A stretch of 64,000 bases of DNA from Ostrea edulis (GCF_947568905.1 NC_079166.1:18104001-18168000); one strand, 5' to 3'; counted from the first letter of the stretch, positions 38,646 through 52,827 are shown. The notes: generated by a model not told the origin, from the sequence alone. A program made the numbers and translations.

Positions 38646-41526
38646 ATGGTGATGATTTGTATCGGAGGGAGACTGATGGTGTCTTTGTTCATTACGTTTT
38701 CCCTACAGCTGGTTGGAGGAGATGGTTCGTGGTGTGGTGGGTAAGAAATTACATTTTTATGATTGTCTAGAATAATCATCAACATTATAGAATATAAAAG
38801 AAAGGAGTATATATGATGCTGGGGACTATTTACATCAGTTATACATGATCGTATGTAAATGTTCTATTGCTAAGACATTCTTAAAAGTAAAGAGTACTCT
38901 ACGGCTACATATCATAACATCACATCAATCTTATCTATGTTTGTAGATCTCTCAAATGTTGCAGTGGTTTCAAATGGGATAGAAATACTGAAAAATGTAT
39001 CCGTATGTACATTGACATACAAATGAAATTATCACTATCTACATGTTTACTATTTAAAAAAATATATCAGTACATACAGTGATATTTTGAATTGTCTTTG
39101 ATAATATAAAATGCAATGGTAGTTTGAAAATCGAAATATATAATTGTATACAAAAATCTTTGTGAGAATTTCTAAAATTTCGTTCCTCCTGAAATTGTAG
39201 CTTGTGAGGTTGGGTATTATGGGATAGATTGTGCAGAACCATGTCCCTTCCCCTCCTATGGAAAGGAATGCCAGTTACTATGCAACTGCTCTGAAGCTCA
39301 GTGTAATCATGAAACTGGATGCCCAAAAGATGGTAAGAAAGTTTAGTTACAGAAATGTATATGATTAAGAATTGAACTTAGGGAGACCTAGAAATGTTGC
39401 AAAATGATTATCTTGAAAATGTTGAGTGTATACAGATTATCGACCAGGTTATATAGATGACTTGTGTGACGTGAAATGCCTGTATCCAGGATTTGGTGTA
39501 TTATGTCAGAATTAATGTTTTTGGGAATAGAAGAACTGTGATCCTCTAAATGGATGTCAGGGTGTGAAGTTTTATTAATTCGAAGGTTCTCTGTGATACA
39601 TGTACTTAACAGGGAAATAAATATGCTTTACAAGTTACAAAATAAAAACAAATATTTATTTGGAAATAAATAAGAACAAATTATGAAATGATGTGTTACA
39701 GGAAGTTTAGAGGGTATTATCATGGAAGTGGTAACAACACCTGCTCCAAAGTCCAGGATGACCCATAATATCACCGTATCACTAAGACATGATGTTAACA
39801 TAGGTTTTCCTTCACAAGACACTTCATCCGTTGTATCTACCACGCCAAACATGCCTAAAGGTAAAGAAAACAAAACCACAATTCCTCCTTTACACAAATA
39901 GGTATACAACATACTTCACATCAGCTTAGTATTCAAAATGAATTACTGCAAAGAAAATTTACACAATGCTGACAAGAATAATACTCTCTGACGTGTTTCA
40001 TACCAATTTTTGGGCCGTTATTTACAGACTCATTTTGATTACGCATTGTATGGATCGCTACTTTATCTGATCAAGATGTAGGGCTCACGGTGGGTGTGAT
40101 CGGTTTACAGGGGATGCCTTCCTCCTCCTAGGTATCTGATCCTACCTCTGGTATGCCCAGGGGTACGTGTTTCCCAAATTTTAATTCTGTGTTCCTTTTT
40201 GAGTTTTGAGATTGATCAAAGCATTTCTACATCCCCGCACTGAATGAAAATGAATATAACGAATCGAGATGAATCTAATAAATCCCATAAAGAATACGAA
40301 ATTACTTGTAGAGCAAATACGAACCCTTGAACGTACCAAAGGTGGGGTCAGGTGCTTAGAAGGAGGGATGTATCCCATGTTAATTGGTGTCACCCCCTTC
40401 GAGTCCTCCATTGCGATCATGTAAACGGAATAATTCATAGTCAAAGTCATGATGGAAAGAACGGCCTAACAATAGGTATGGAACATGCCAAACAACATAT
40501 GGACTAACAACATGGATTGTATTTGGAAATACGGTCAATATAACGACCAAAGAATATGCAAAATGCTGTCTTCAAAGGAGACTAGTGAACTTTAATATAA
40601 ACTTACTTGTCAGTAGCTTGCCTCAATTAAAAAAAACTGATCCTACTCAGAACATGCTCTCTTGTATCAAATCATTTGAGAAATATAGCGTTGATATGCA
40701 GGTGCTCATGGAATATTGCTACATAAATATGAGAAGTTGACGATGGCGAAGCTGAAGTCATCCCACGTGTCATAGTGTTGATTTGTCAGTTTGTCCTTAA
40801 CACCTATGTTTAATAAGATATTCAAATATTAAGAAGATGTGGAGAGGTCTGTGGTATAATATTTTGTTCATATGGATATATCGAATGAACGTATGAATAA
40901 AAATGAACACTGTGAATAGAAGAATCGTTGAGAAATCCATGATGAGAGATGAAGGTCACAGTAAAAGTTTTTTTCTTCCTATGCTAGAAGCTTTTGAATA
41001 AAATTTGCCACTTTTAGGATGAAAATAAATAAATAGCTCGGCTAATAAGGGAACACAATTCGTACCTATGGATGTCCATCAGATTTTCAGAAGACTTGAT
41101 GATGAAAGAACAATAGAAAGTTATATAAAATGATTTCAAGAGTTTTACATTACCTTCAGTGTACTTTGAATTCTCTGTTTTTATTACCAGAATAAGTAAA
41201 TATTTCGTTTTCGAATCTTCATTTTTCCCTTCACAAGAAAAATTAAAACCAGTATTGAATATAACACAATACACCTCGTATCTACAGGTTTGCATTATAA
41301 TCATGATGACATAAATGTTTTAGAAACTTCAATTCAAAGTGACGCTGCATCAATGTGGAACAATTTCAACGAGAAGAAAAAAGGTATGGTTATCAGCATT
41401 ACGACGCTAGGACTACTGTTTCTAATCTTAACAGTCATGTACATCTGGGTGTCTCATCGACTTCATGTAGAAACAAATAATCGTAGGAAAGCTAAAGAAG
41501 ATTCAGATGAAAATTCTGCAGTATGA
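38646..41526 (+). CDS. Gene H: exons 38646-38740, 38947-39002, 39201-39332, [39436-39561 decayed], 39702-39860, 41288-41526; intact single-EGF receptor if exon 4 is skipped, otherwise a pseudogene
   Basis: Five exons are open with canonical sites. Exon 4 has TAA and TAG in frame plus Cys losses, but it is phase 1-1, so skipping keeps the frame. Confidence 0.6.
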
Positions 41527-42744
41527 AAAACGGGTAATGTGTTATAAAGTGCATTGTATCTGGATATTGTGTGTAATGCCTCTATTTGTTTTTAGCTATG
41601 CTTTGTAATTGACTTTTCATGTTTCATTTTTCATAATTTTATATGTAAACTGCGCCTTGCTGGTTGTCTTTCAATTCAAATAATGACATTAGGAATATAG
41701 ATACATTTATACGTTAGAAAAACCTGTCTAATTTGTTTTATGGTAATACAAAACAATGGTCATATGGTGTTATTTGTTCACGATGTTGTTATTTGTTCAA
41801 CATCCACAACGCCGAGTTTACAGGTATGATGCTATATTTTCATTATAGCATTCTGAAGACATCAATGTCTTATATATTTGGTCGTGATATAGACACAGCG
41901 TTCGACCTACCATTTTGTGTAGACCCAAACTGAATTAATCATGAAATAAAGATATATATTTTGAAATTTCTTTTTTACCCATCGTTATCTATAATAAAAC
42001 AAGATGGAGTTCAATATTGAAAGAAAAGTTATAAAGCAGACGTGGTTTCTTCAGTTTTAAAATGAAATTCAGTTTTGTGTTTTGTGTTCCGTTTCAATAT
42101 TTGACTTTAAATATCTATTTCTTTTAGGTCCTATTCATATTAACTTTAAGTTTTCGATGTAGCCCGTAATTTTATTAGTTCTCAGAATCTAGACGTGTTT
42201 ATTTAATCAATCTTTGGAAGTTAAACTGATAACTTATATCACTGTAAATTTGTAATGGATACCAAAATCCTTGAAGTTAAGTTGGAGAACAAAAGTGAAC
42301 GATGAACCAGAAGAGGAAAAAGGTTTGAGAAAAATTGAACAATAAGCCAGTAAGTCTTTACATAATGTTAGCCGGAAGTTCTTTTACAAATTGTACCACA
42401 AAATATTAATACTCGTCAAGTGGATGGTTGGCACCACAACAGTACATCACCAAGAAATTGCATTAGGAGAACAAGAAATCTAGGAGAACAAGGAAATCTA
42501 GGAGAACCAGTCAAAGCTTTTCTGTTAGCTACATGTATCAATGACTGTAGGTTCCATACGATGATAGTAAACAGGGATTTATCAGTATATTTTCGGTGGC
42601 AGACGTGCGGCATATCATCTGTATTTCTCATTTTATAGAAGTCCATGAATGACTTGTTTCTAAAAACACCATGCAAACATCACCTAATATCTTATAGCCC
42701 GAATTACCTTTATTCTCTCTGTATGATAATTTCTATGTTTGCAG

Positions 42745-43516
42745 ATCTTTCCAATGTTGCTGTGGTAGTGATTATAAATGAGATAGCAATATTGCATACC
42801 TATGTGTGTGGATATTAAAGAGGCTTCATCAGTCCATGTACGATGATATTTTGAATTTGATATTATATAAAAGTACCAAAAAACGTATGATGGTTGAAAT
42901 CCCGAGACATGTCAATACAAACTACAGGTTTGTCGGAATTGTTTGAGGTAAAAAGTGAAATTTCTTTCTTCTTTTGAATTGTAGCCTGTGAGATTGGGTA
43001 TTTCTGAATAGATTGTACACAGTAATGTCCCTTCCTCTTCTTGGGAAAGGGATGTCAGTTATCCTACAGATTAGGGTAAGCATGCCAAAGGATGCCCCAA
43101 AAGTTGTAAGAAAGTGTAATTATCAAAATATATCGACCTTAGAGACAACCCGGAATGTTCCTCAATGATTCTCGTAGAAAGATTTACTTCTTTACGTTTC
43201 AGATTGTACGTCAGGTTATATTGTATATGGTTGACTTTTGTGAAGTTAATACATTTTTTTTCTCTCTATCATACATGTACTAATTTGTACCTACTTCTAT
43301 GTAACAAGTAAATGAATTTGCTTTACAACTAACGAAATAAAACAAACATTCATTTAAAAGTAAATAGAAATTAAGGATACAATGACGTGTTAAAGCAATT
43401 CTGCTCCAAAGTCAAGGATGACCAGTAACATTTCCGTATCACTGCTGATGTCCACGGAAGACTTCCTTCAAGATACACCTCACCTGTTCTATCTACGATT
43501 CCAGAGATGCAGAAAG
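42745..43516 (+). pseudogene. Copy I (duplicate of B)
   Basis: Same TGA in exon 2 and TAA in exon 3 as B. No TM exon. Confidence 0.8.
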
Positions 43517-44650
43517 GTAACAAAAATACAATACCTCGTAAAATAACGTCGTGGTCATACGGCAAGGGCAATACAGTCTACGCTGATGCGGAAAAAAATG
43601 CTTGGCCTTGTTTGATCTAAAAGTATTATTTATTCTAAAAATATTATTTTGCTCGAGAAAATACATCAACCGTCGCAGATATTCTTCTATTTGCATCTTA
43701 TAAACAACCTTGTTTAAATTTGGTGCTGTAAAATAAAGGAACCAAACTGAAAATAAGTCGGTGCAAGTTTTTGATATTTAGAAGACATTGGTTACGTTAT
43801 TGGTTGGTTTTTGAGATATTCACCACACATTAATGATCAGGTGAAAATAAGGATGGAACATAACATTTATGACATGCTGACTCAAAGTGGTTGTTAAGGA
43901 TAATCCGAGGATGTTTACTACTCCTCAGAGGTACATAATTCCACCTCCGGTGTGATACGTTGTCCTCATCTTTGGAAACGATCGGAAAGATCAAAATTTG
44001 TAATAATCTTATTTTATATGAAATATTTTGGTATATGGATTCCTGATAATTCTATTAAGTACTGTTAACGCAGAAAATGTATCTAGATTTGTGACGCACT
44101 TTGTATGTGTTTCATTGTGTAATACAGTTATCTTTCCTTTATGCATTATAAAGGTATGACTTCGTTGATATGCTGTATATCATATATATAGATATACGAA
44201 TTACAATAGATTAACTTATGAAAGTTGAGAAAAATGTCAATTTTTTTTTACCTGACTGGCCTATTCATCTATAAATATGCATAGGAAATGATTCTAGTAT
44301 AATTCTGATTCACATATTATACAAATCATCCAATATGTATCCTCACAAAAATATTTTCATACAGTCCTCTGTTTATTCATTTCAGTTCTAGAAAAATATA
44401 TTTGATATATAGATTTTTTGTCATTTAAACGTATAAATGAATCAGCGGGTTTTCTCATGTGAATCCATAAAACTTGATGATTCATCAGTAAACTAGCTAT
44501 TGCCCTTTAAGAACCGAATAGGCACGTGAATAGATATATTTAATGTTGTATTGATAACAGGTGCCATTGAAGGAAATTTATGCAAAATAATTTCCGTTTC
44601 CTTGTGTTGCAAACGTGAGAAAGAAATTATTACAATATTAATAGCCAAAA

Positions 44651-46560
44651 ATAGTGATGATTTGTATCTTAGGGAGACAGTTGNNNNNNNNNNNNNNNNN
44701 NNNNNNNNNNNNNNNNNNNNNNNNNNNNNNNNNNNNNNNNNNNNNNNNNNNNNNNNNNNNNNNNNNNNNNNNNNNNNNNNNNNNNNNNNNNNNNNNNNNN
44801 NNNNNNNNNNNNNNNNNNNNNNNNNNNNNNTATAGTATACAATAGTAAACAAGCTTTGAGTAAAGTTAAGAGGTGTATGTGATGATGGAGACGTTTTACA
44901 TTAGGAGTACATGATTGTATTTAAATATTTTAGTGCTACAAATTCTTGAGAGCAGAGAGAACTCTACGACTTTGTATTATAATACCACATCTGTGTTAAC
45001 TGTTCGTAGACTTTTCAAATGTTGCAATGGATACAAATGGGATAGATATCCTGCAAAATGTCTTCGTATGTATATGAATTTGTAAATGAGAATATCAGCA
45101 TCTATGCTATTTCAAAGAAATAATCAATATATATATACGATTATATTTTGAATTGAGGATAAAGGAATAGTATGATAGTTTAAAAACCCAAAAATAAAAA
45201 CAAACCTTTTTGTCGTAATTATTTCATTTCTTTCCCCCTGAAATTGTAGCCTGTGATACTATTTTTGGATAAATGGTAGACAGTAATGTCCCTTTCTCTC
45301 CTTTGAAAAGGGATGCCAGTTATCCTACAACTGCTCTAAATTTAAGGTAGTCATGCGAAAGGATGCCCCAAAAGTGGTTAGAAAGTGCGATTATATAAAA
45401 TATACCGGCATATGATTAAGAATTGACCTTAGAGACACTCTGGAATAACGTACAATGATGATGTTGAAAACTTTTACTTGCTGACGTTTCAGACTGTCCG
45501 TCGGGCTATGTTGGTGACTTTTTGGACTTGAAGTGCCGGTATCCAAGTTTTGGTACGGAATGTCAGAATAAATGTTTGTGTGAACAGGAGAAGTGTGATC
45601 TAGCAACTGGATGCTAAGGTCTATAGTTTTTTTTATTACAAATATTTCTGTATGATACGTGTGCTTAACAAGGTTTATACTTTACAACTTACAAAATGAA
45701 AATGGATATTGATTTGTTTACTACTCCTCAGAGGTACATAATTCCACCTCCGGTGTGATACGTTGTCCTCATCTTTGGAAACGATCGGAAAGATCAAAAT
45801 TTATAATAATCATATTTTATATGAAATATTTTGGTACATGGATTCCTGATAATTCTATTAAGTACTGCTAACGCAGAAAATGTATGTAGATTTGTGACGC
45901 ACTTTGTATGTGTTTCATTGTGTAATACAGTTATCTTTCCTTTATGCATTATAAAGGTATGACTTCGTTGATATGCTGTATATCATATATATAGATATAC
46001 GAATTACAATAGATTAACTTATGAAAGTTGAGAAAAATGTCAATTTTTTTTTACCTGACTGGCCTATTCATCGGTATATACATCTATTCATACAGTCCTC
46101 TGTTTATTCATTTCAGTTCTAGAAAAATATATTTGATATATAGATTTTTTGTCATTTAAACGTATAAATGAATCAGCGGGTTTTCTCATGTGAATCCATA
46201 AAACCTGATGATTCATCAGTAAACTAGCTATTGCCCTTTAAGAACCGAATAGGCACGTGAATATATATTTTTAATGTTGTATTGATAACAGGTGCCATTG
46301 AAGGAAATGTATGCAAAATAATTTCCGTTTCCTTGTGTTGCAAACGTGAGAAAGAAATTATTACAAAGTAAATAGAAATTAAGTATACAATGATGTGATG
46401 CAATTTTGGAAGGTATTGTCACGGAAGTGGTAACAACACCTGCTGCAACATCTAGGATGACCCGTGATATCTCCGTATCACTGACATGAAGCTGGCATTG
46501 ACACTTCAACAGTTCTATCAATGACTACAATATCAGTACAATCTCACAGAAAGATAAAGA
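44651..46560 (+). pseudogene. Copy J (duplicate of C); assembly gap 44684-44830 in exon 1
   Basis: Start codon ATG>ATA, exon 3 frameshift, TAA at the end of exon 4, TM exon missing. Confidence 0.75.
45716..46367 (+). repeat. Near-identical duplicate of 43913-44636 (upstream/promoter region of J) placed in intron 4 of J
   Basis: Same sequence from gtttactactcctcagaggtacataattcc to gagaaagaaattattacaa, with one internal deletion. Confidence 0.8.
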
Positions 46561-46814
46561 AAACAAAATAAAATGCAATGCATCGTTTACAGAAATGGGT
46601 AAACACTTTGTTTCGAATCAGCTCAGTATTCAAACTAAATTACTGCACAATAAATTTACACTGTGCTCACACGGAGAATGCTGTCTGGCGTGTTTTATAA
46701 CAATTGTTAGATTGTTCTTTAAATGCTGATTTTGACTATGATTTTTTTCTTTAACTGATCAAGATGTAGGGCTCAAGGCGGGTGTGATCCGTTGACAGGA
46801 GATCCATACTCCTC

Positions 46815-49593
46815 CCCAGGTAGCACAAAACGTGTTCATAACATCGTATTCCTGTTGTAAGGAAACATTACTAACAAAACATTTTAAAAATGTTATAATA
46901 ACATTTTTTCCCAGTTGTGAAAATGTTATAAGCAAACGTTTTTAACTAAACATTTGTCAATGTTTTAGAATCATTTTGTGATCGTTATAAAACATTGTAA
47001 AACATTGTTGAAAATACGTTTTCAAAACGTTTTAATAATGATTTAAAAAACATACCTAATGTACTATTTTTTTCCTTAAAGTGACCCAAATCAAAGTAGT
47101 GGTTTAAAGATATTCTTTTGAAAATATTTTTTTCTTAAATTACATAATATTAAAATGTTGACAGCCAACAAAAATACAACATTGCCTTACAATGTTGATA
47201 AAACATTTTTAAAACGTTACAGAAATACATACAACTTTCAAAACTACTAGTACCTCAACTTGATTTGATTTATTTCACTGATATCAAACTTTATAAAAAT
47301 TGTTACAAGATTCAACTACAGTATATTGAATTATGATAATCATTTTGTAAGTTAAGGAAAATTATTTCATGTTTCTAAATTACCGGAATCATCTTACGTC
47401 AATTTTAAAACATATTTTATTTTAACACCAAAAAAAAAAAAAGAATAAAGGTGTATTTTTAACTCAACAATATTTTAAAGAAATGAATTAATGTCATTTA
47501 CTTGTGGGTATTGTCTGCTCTGGGAATTAGGTTCCCCCTTTCAATGTGTTTACTGAGAGTTAATGGAATTATACAGCGGGGTGCTATGGCCAAGACTAAT
47601 ACAGGAGATCCTAGTTATGCAATATTCCTCACGCTTTTATATGCTGTGTAGGTCAAAGTTTTGGAAAACCCAAGCCATTCTTGTCACACAAAATCTGAGA
47701 GCTGGTGAACAGTCGGGTAATGTGAGTATAATTTTGTAGTTAATATTAATATCTTATACATGCCAGAATTGATATGTAAATGATTCATTCTGTATATTTA
47801 GCAATTGTAAGGTATAATTTGATTTGTAAACAAAAAGATTCAAATTCTAAGAACATTAATTTTGAAATACGAAAATCAAATGTACATCATTACTATTATG
47901 TAAACATGTATAACATGTAAACATTTAAAACAAATTATGTAACACTAGCATGATATGCATGGTTATATTGATTGTTTAAGATGACTCTGAATTTTGTGTT
48001 AGAACGCAGTGATTTTAGTGCCGCTTTGTTCTTATTGTTTACACATAGCCACCTACACATTTGTAAAGACGCTGCATCATTCTTGTATTTGCACATTTTT
48101 CACAGCTAACTTGAATACTTTCCCCAAAGATTGAGCAATATTAAATGCATTCATACCAATTAAGGATGATGTGAAACAAAACCAGTATTTTTTAAATATG
48201 AAATTCTCCCACTTTTTCTTTTGTTTTATTTCCGGATTTGGGGACAACGTACCTAGTCCCTGTTATATCTTCCATATATTTATTGAATTGAATATCCTCT
48301 TAGGTATTCCTGTAAAATTTTACTGACTCCTAGATGTGTTAATTATGACCAACAATTGCATGAGTCAGTTTAGTGGCACTGGACAGAAAGGAATAATTGC
48401 CTTTATTGGAAATACCCTTTACAAAATCATCCTTTGTAAGTTTAAACAATAAAACTTTGGTATATTTAATGAATGCAAGGTGAAGATAACGAACAGTGAT
48501 CAATCTCATAACTCCTACAAGCAATACAAAATAGATAGTTGGGCAAACACGGACCCCTGGACACACCAGAGGTGGGATCAGGTGCCTAGGAGGAGTAAAC
48601 ATCCCCTGTTATGATAATGATAATAAATTAAAACATATGGGCTCATCACTTTTGTCCTCGTGATTTCATCTCAGTACATATCGTTTTAACTAATGCTGTA
48701 ATTCAACTGTTTTAAACAGTCATGCACTAATATATACTTTTTACAATGAATTCCATTTTTCATTTTTATAGCTGCTGCACGGAAATCATCAAAGAAAACT
48801 GTTTAGTTAGAAGGTTTAGACGTTTTCCGGTTTGCTCCATACCTTCATGGAGGAACTAATTATGCTAAGGTATATATGAAGTTTGTCGTCAGAAAATTAC
48901 AGTAAAACATCGTTGAATCTCATGCTGGTCTGTTTATAAAACTCTGTAGCGTATCACATGTTGATCATGTTTTCATCAGATGTTTGAATATACATAGTAC
49001 ATGCAGTTGTCCGCAGAAATGAGTAATACTTTTGTAAATTTTTGCTTCATGTTCAAATCGTTTTTTTCTTCTTCAGAAAAGGCGGACAGGTCAATTCAAA
49101 ATGATGAATATCCATCAGATTTGAAATAATATGGACTGATTTTTCAACAATACAAATTTTATTTGTAAAGAAGACTTGTTTATTTTATTTTATTACAGTT
49201 CAGGTTTTTAAACATATTCACATAACTTTTATATAAAAAATTGGTGAAATAGTTTGAAAACATTTATCAGAATTGTTTGAAGAATATCGTATATAATCTT
49301 GTAAAATTGAATTTTAAATTCTCTCAAAATGTTTCTGTAAATGTTTTCAAAGCGTTTCTTAGAAATGTTCTCTAAACGTTTCTCTTAAATGTACTTGAAG
49401 CGTTTCTTTTAATGTTCTGAAAACGTTTCTTAGAAATGTTTTCAAAACATTGCAGTACAATATTTTCAAAAATGTTCTGCTAACATTTAAAAAATCTACA
49501 CAAATCACGTTATAATAATGTTTTAGAAAATGTTTTCCTAGCATTTTCACAATACTTTTACAACGTTTTAATCACGTTGTTGTGTTAACTGGG
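46815..49593. mobile_element. Non-autonomous CMC/EnSpm-like DNA transposon
   Basis: Imperfect TIRs cccaggtagcacaaaacgtg / cacgttgttgtgttaactggg. 2-bp TSD (tc) splitting a Naiad 3' repeat (compare the intact site at ~12928). Long subterminal aa(c)gtt/aacatt arrays at both ends. Confidence 0.65.
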
Positions 49594-49940
49594 TCCTAGG
49601 CACCTTATCGCCCCTCTTGTATATTCAGGGGTCTGTGTTTTTCCACCTTTTTATTTTGTATTTCTGATAGGACCTGTACGATTTATCACTGTTCGTTATC
49701 TTCACCTTTTCATGATATGTACTACACCGATCCGGATTCAATTCTTTTGTCATCCTCGATATGAGAAAGAGATAACTTTGCTAGGAAAGAAAGGACGCCA
49801 TCAGTTTCGAGTGTTCTTCTATTTGCATCTTCTAAACAATCTGGCTGAAATTTGTTGACCTAAAAAAACACAAATAGAAGGTCAATACAACCCTTAACTG
49901 TTCATAACAAATTAATCACATTCTAAGTTGGTTTTTGTAT

Positions 49941-51005
49941 CATTCCTCACGATAAATTAAAGACTAGACTTTTTGATATCATAGACAGTTGCTTCGTCAA
50001 CAAAAACGGAAAACAGAAATATTCATATCTAATGATCAGTCATTCAAAAACTTACTTTGTTAAACACCACTCTGATTCCACACAGAAGTACTCTGAAGTT
50101 GAAATAAAATATGCTAGAGTTCCTCATTGACAATATCTTCGTGGTCTTTGGTGATCAAGTCTTCCAAAAGTATGTTGGAATTCCCATGGGCACGAATTGT
50201 GCTCCTTTGTTAGCTGAGCTGTTTTTATATTCATATGAAGCATAATTTATTCAAAAACTTCTACGTGAGAAGAAAAATATCTCGCTGTGGCCTTCAATTC
50301 GACATTTCGATATATCGATGACGTTTTGTCTATTAACAATAATAAATTTCATTCATATGTCGATTTGATATATCCCTGTGAGCTCGAAATGAAGGACACC
50401 ACAGAGTTGTCCACTTCTGCTTCATACTTAGATATTTTATTGAAAGTAAACATTAACGGCAAACTGACAACTCAACTGTATGACATACGGGATGATTTCA
50501 GTTTCTCCATCGTCAACTTCCCATGTTTATGTAACAATATTCCATTATCACCTGCATATGGTGTTTATATATCTCAACTGATTCGATATGCAAGAGGTTG
50601 TTCTGCGTATAGTCAGTTTTTAAATCGAGGTAAACTACTGACAAAGAAGTTGATGGGACAGGGATTTCAACAGTCTCGATTGAAGTCAGCATTTCGCAAA
50701 TTTTATGTTAGTTATAATGATATACTTCGTTAGTGCAACCTCGCATTGGGTCAAATGCTGTCTGACGTGTTTCATACCGATTGTTAAGCCGTTCTTGGCA
50801 CACTGATTTTGACTGCAGATAACTCCGTTTGCCTGGTCGGGGTGTGGGGCTCAAGGTGGGTGTGGCCGGTCGACAGGGGATGTTTACTCCTCCTAGGCAC
50901 CTGATCCCACCTCTAGTGTGTCCAGGGGTCCGTGTTTGCTCAACTATCTATTTTGTATTGCTTATAGGAGTTGTGAGATTGCTCACTGTTCGTTATCTTC
51001 GCCTC
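49941..51005 (+). mobile_element. Second 5'-truncated Naiad-type PLE with frameshifted RT
   Basis: IPHDKLK, VGIPMGTNCAPLLAELFL, FRYIDD and the same 3' UTR as 31497-32610. Confidence 0.8.
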
Positions 51006-51483
51006 ACGTTAACAACAGACAATTTTGTGTATAAAATTCAAGTTGTAGAAAAATCACTGTACTTGAACTTGAAATGTGGATGTGATATCGTTAAACTAAT
51101 ATTTCTCTCTTAGAACTATATAAGCGTGCATATATGAAAGGTGAAGATGACGGAAAGTGACCAATGTCATAACTTCTATAAGCAATACAAAATAGGGAGT
51201 TGGGCAAATACGGGCCCCTGGGCACACCAGAGGTAGGATAAGGGTTCTAGGAGGAGTAAACATCCCCTATCCACCGGTCACAACCACCGTGAGCCCTATA
51301 TCTTTATCATGTAGTTCATAACGTTCTGATAATAATGTGTCATTTTGAATTAGGGATCAATTGGTTAGGCACACTCAACTTTTTGGAAGTGATGTAAAAC
51401 AAGTCTCCGTTTTCTTGTATTGGACATTTGCAATGCGTTCATTTACAGCATTAACGTTGGTCATTATAAAATGATAATCGGAG

Positions 51484-52605
51484 ATGCTCTTAATTTTGTA
51501 TCGCAGGGAGACTGTTATCTTCATTAAGTTCTCCGTGCAGCTGGTTTGTTGGAATGATATTCCGTCTGGTGGGTGGTAAATGACGTTTGCATGATTGTCC
51601 TGAATAATTATTGTTGTCATGTGATATTATACGATGTGAGTAGAGTAAAGGAGTACATATGATGATGGTAATATGTGTATGTAAATGCTCTATTGCTAAG
51701 ACTTTCGTGAGTGTAGAGACTTAAAGACTATGTATCATTGTATCACATTTGCATTGATCCATGTTTGCAGATCTTTTAAATGTTGCAGTGGTTAGAAATG
51801 GGATAGTGATTAGAAATGGGATGGCAATCGTGAACAATTCCTCCGTATGTATAAATATATTAAAAACACATTATCAGTACAATCACGAGGATATTTTGAA
51901 TGTAATTTCATGCAAAACACCAAAAAGTATGATAGTTAAAACCCCCAAACATATCAATACATATTACAATTTTGTCGGACGTGTTTGAGGTAAAAAGTGG
52001 AAAAATTTGTTTTTCCCCTGAAATTGTAGTCTGTGAGATTGAGTATTTCGGGATGGATTGTACACAGCAATATCCCTTCCTCATCTTTAATAATGAACGG
52101 CAACTAATCTGAAACTGTTCTAAAAACAATAGTGTAATCATGCAAAGGATGCCGAAAAAGTGGCAAAAAATGTTATGATATAAATATGTCGAACTTAGAA
52201 ACAACGTGGAATTTTGATCAATGATTATCATGAAAAGAATTCCTTGTTTACGGTTCATATCTTGGTGTGTCCAGGGGTCCGTGTTTGCCCAACTATCTAT
52301 TTTGTATTGCTTGTAGGAGTTATGAGATTGATCACTGTTCGTTATCTTCACCTTGCATGTATGTTACAAGGAAATGAATGTGCTATAGAGCTTACGAAAT
52401 CAAAACAAAAATCCATTAATAATAAAGGATACAATGACGTTTTAAAGCATTTCTGGAAAATATTGTCACGGAAGTTGTAACAACACCTACTCCAGGATGG
52501 CCCATGCCATTTCCTTATCACTGAGACATGGTGCTGATGTCCAGGGAAGACTTCCATCAAGAGACACTTCACTTGTTCTATATATGATTCCAGAGATACA
52601 GGGAC
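51484..52605 (+). pseudogene. Copy K (duplicate of D)
   Basis: Exon 1 with deletions, exon 2 TAG, exon 3 TAA, stalk remnant ~52440-52605. Confidence 0.75.
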
Positions 52606-52827
52606 GTAACAAAAATGCAATACCTCGTGAATTAAGATTGTCCTCATACGGCAAGAGCAATGCGCCATACAGTGATACGGAATAATTTGTTTTGCCTTGT
52701 TCGATATAAAAAAGACAATTTTTTCTAGAAAAATTAATAAGTCCCAACAGATTTCTTTGATATGCATCTTCTAAATAATTTTACTTAGATGTGTTGCTCC
52801 GAAATAGAAGGATGGCATTGAAGATCG

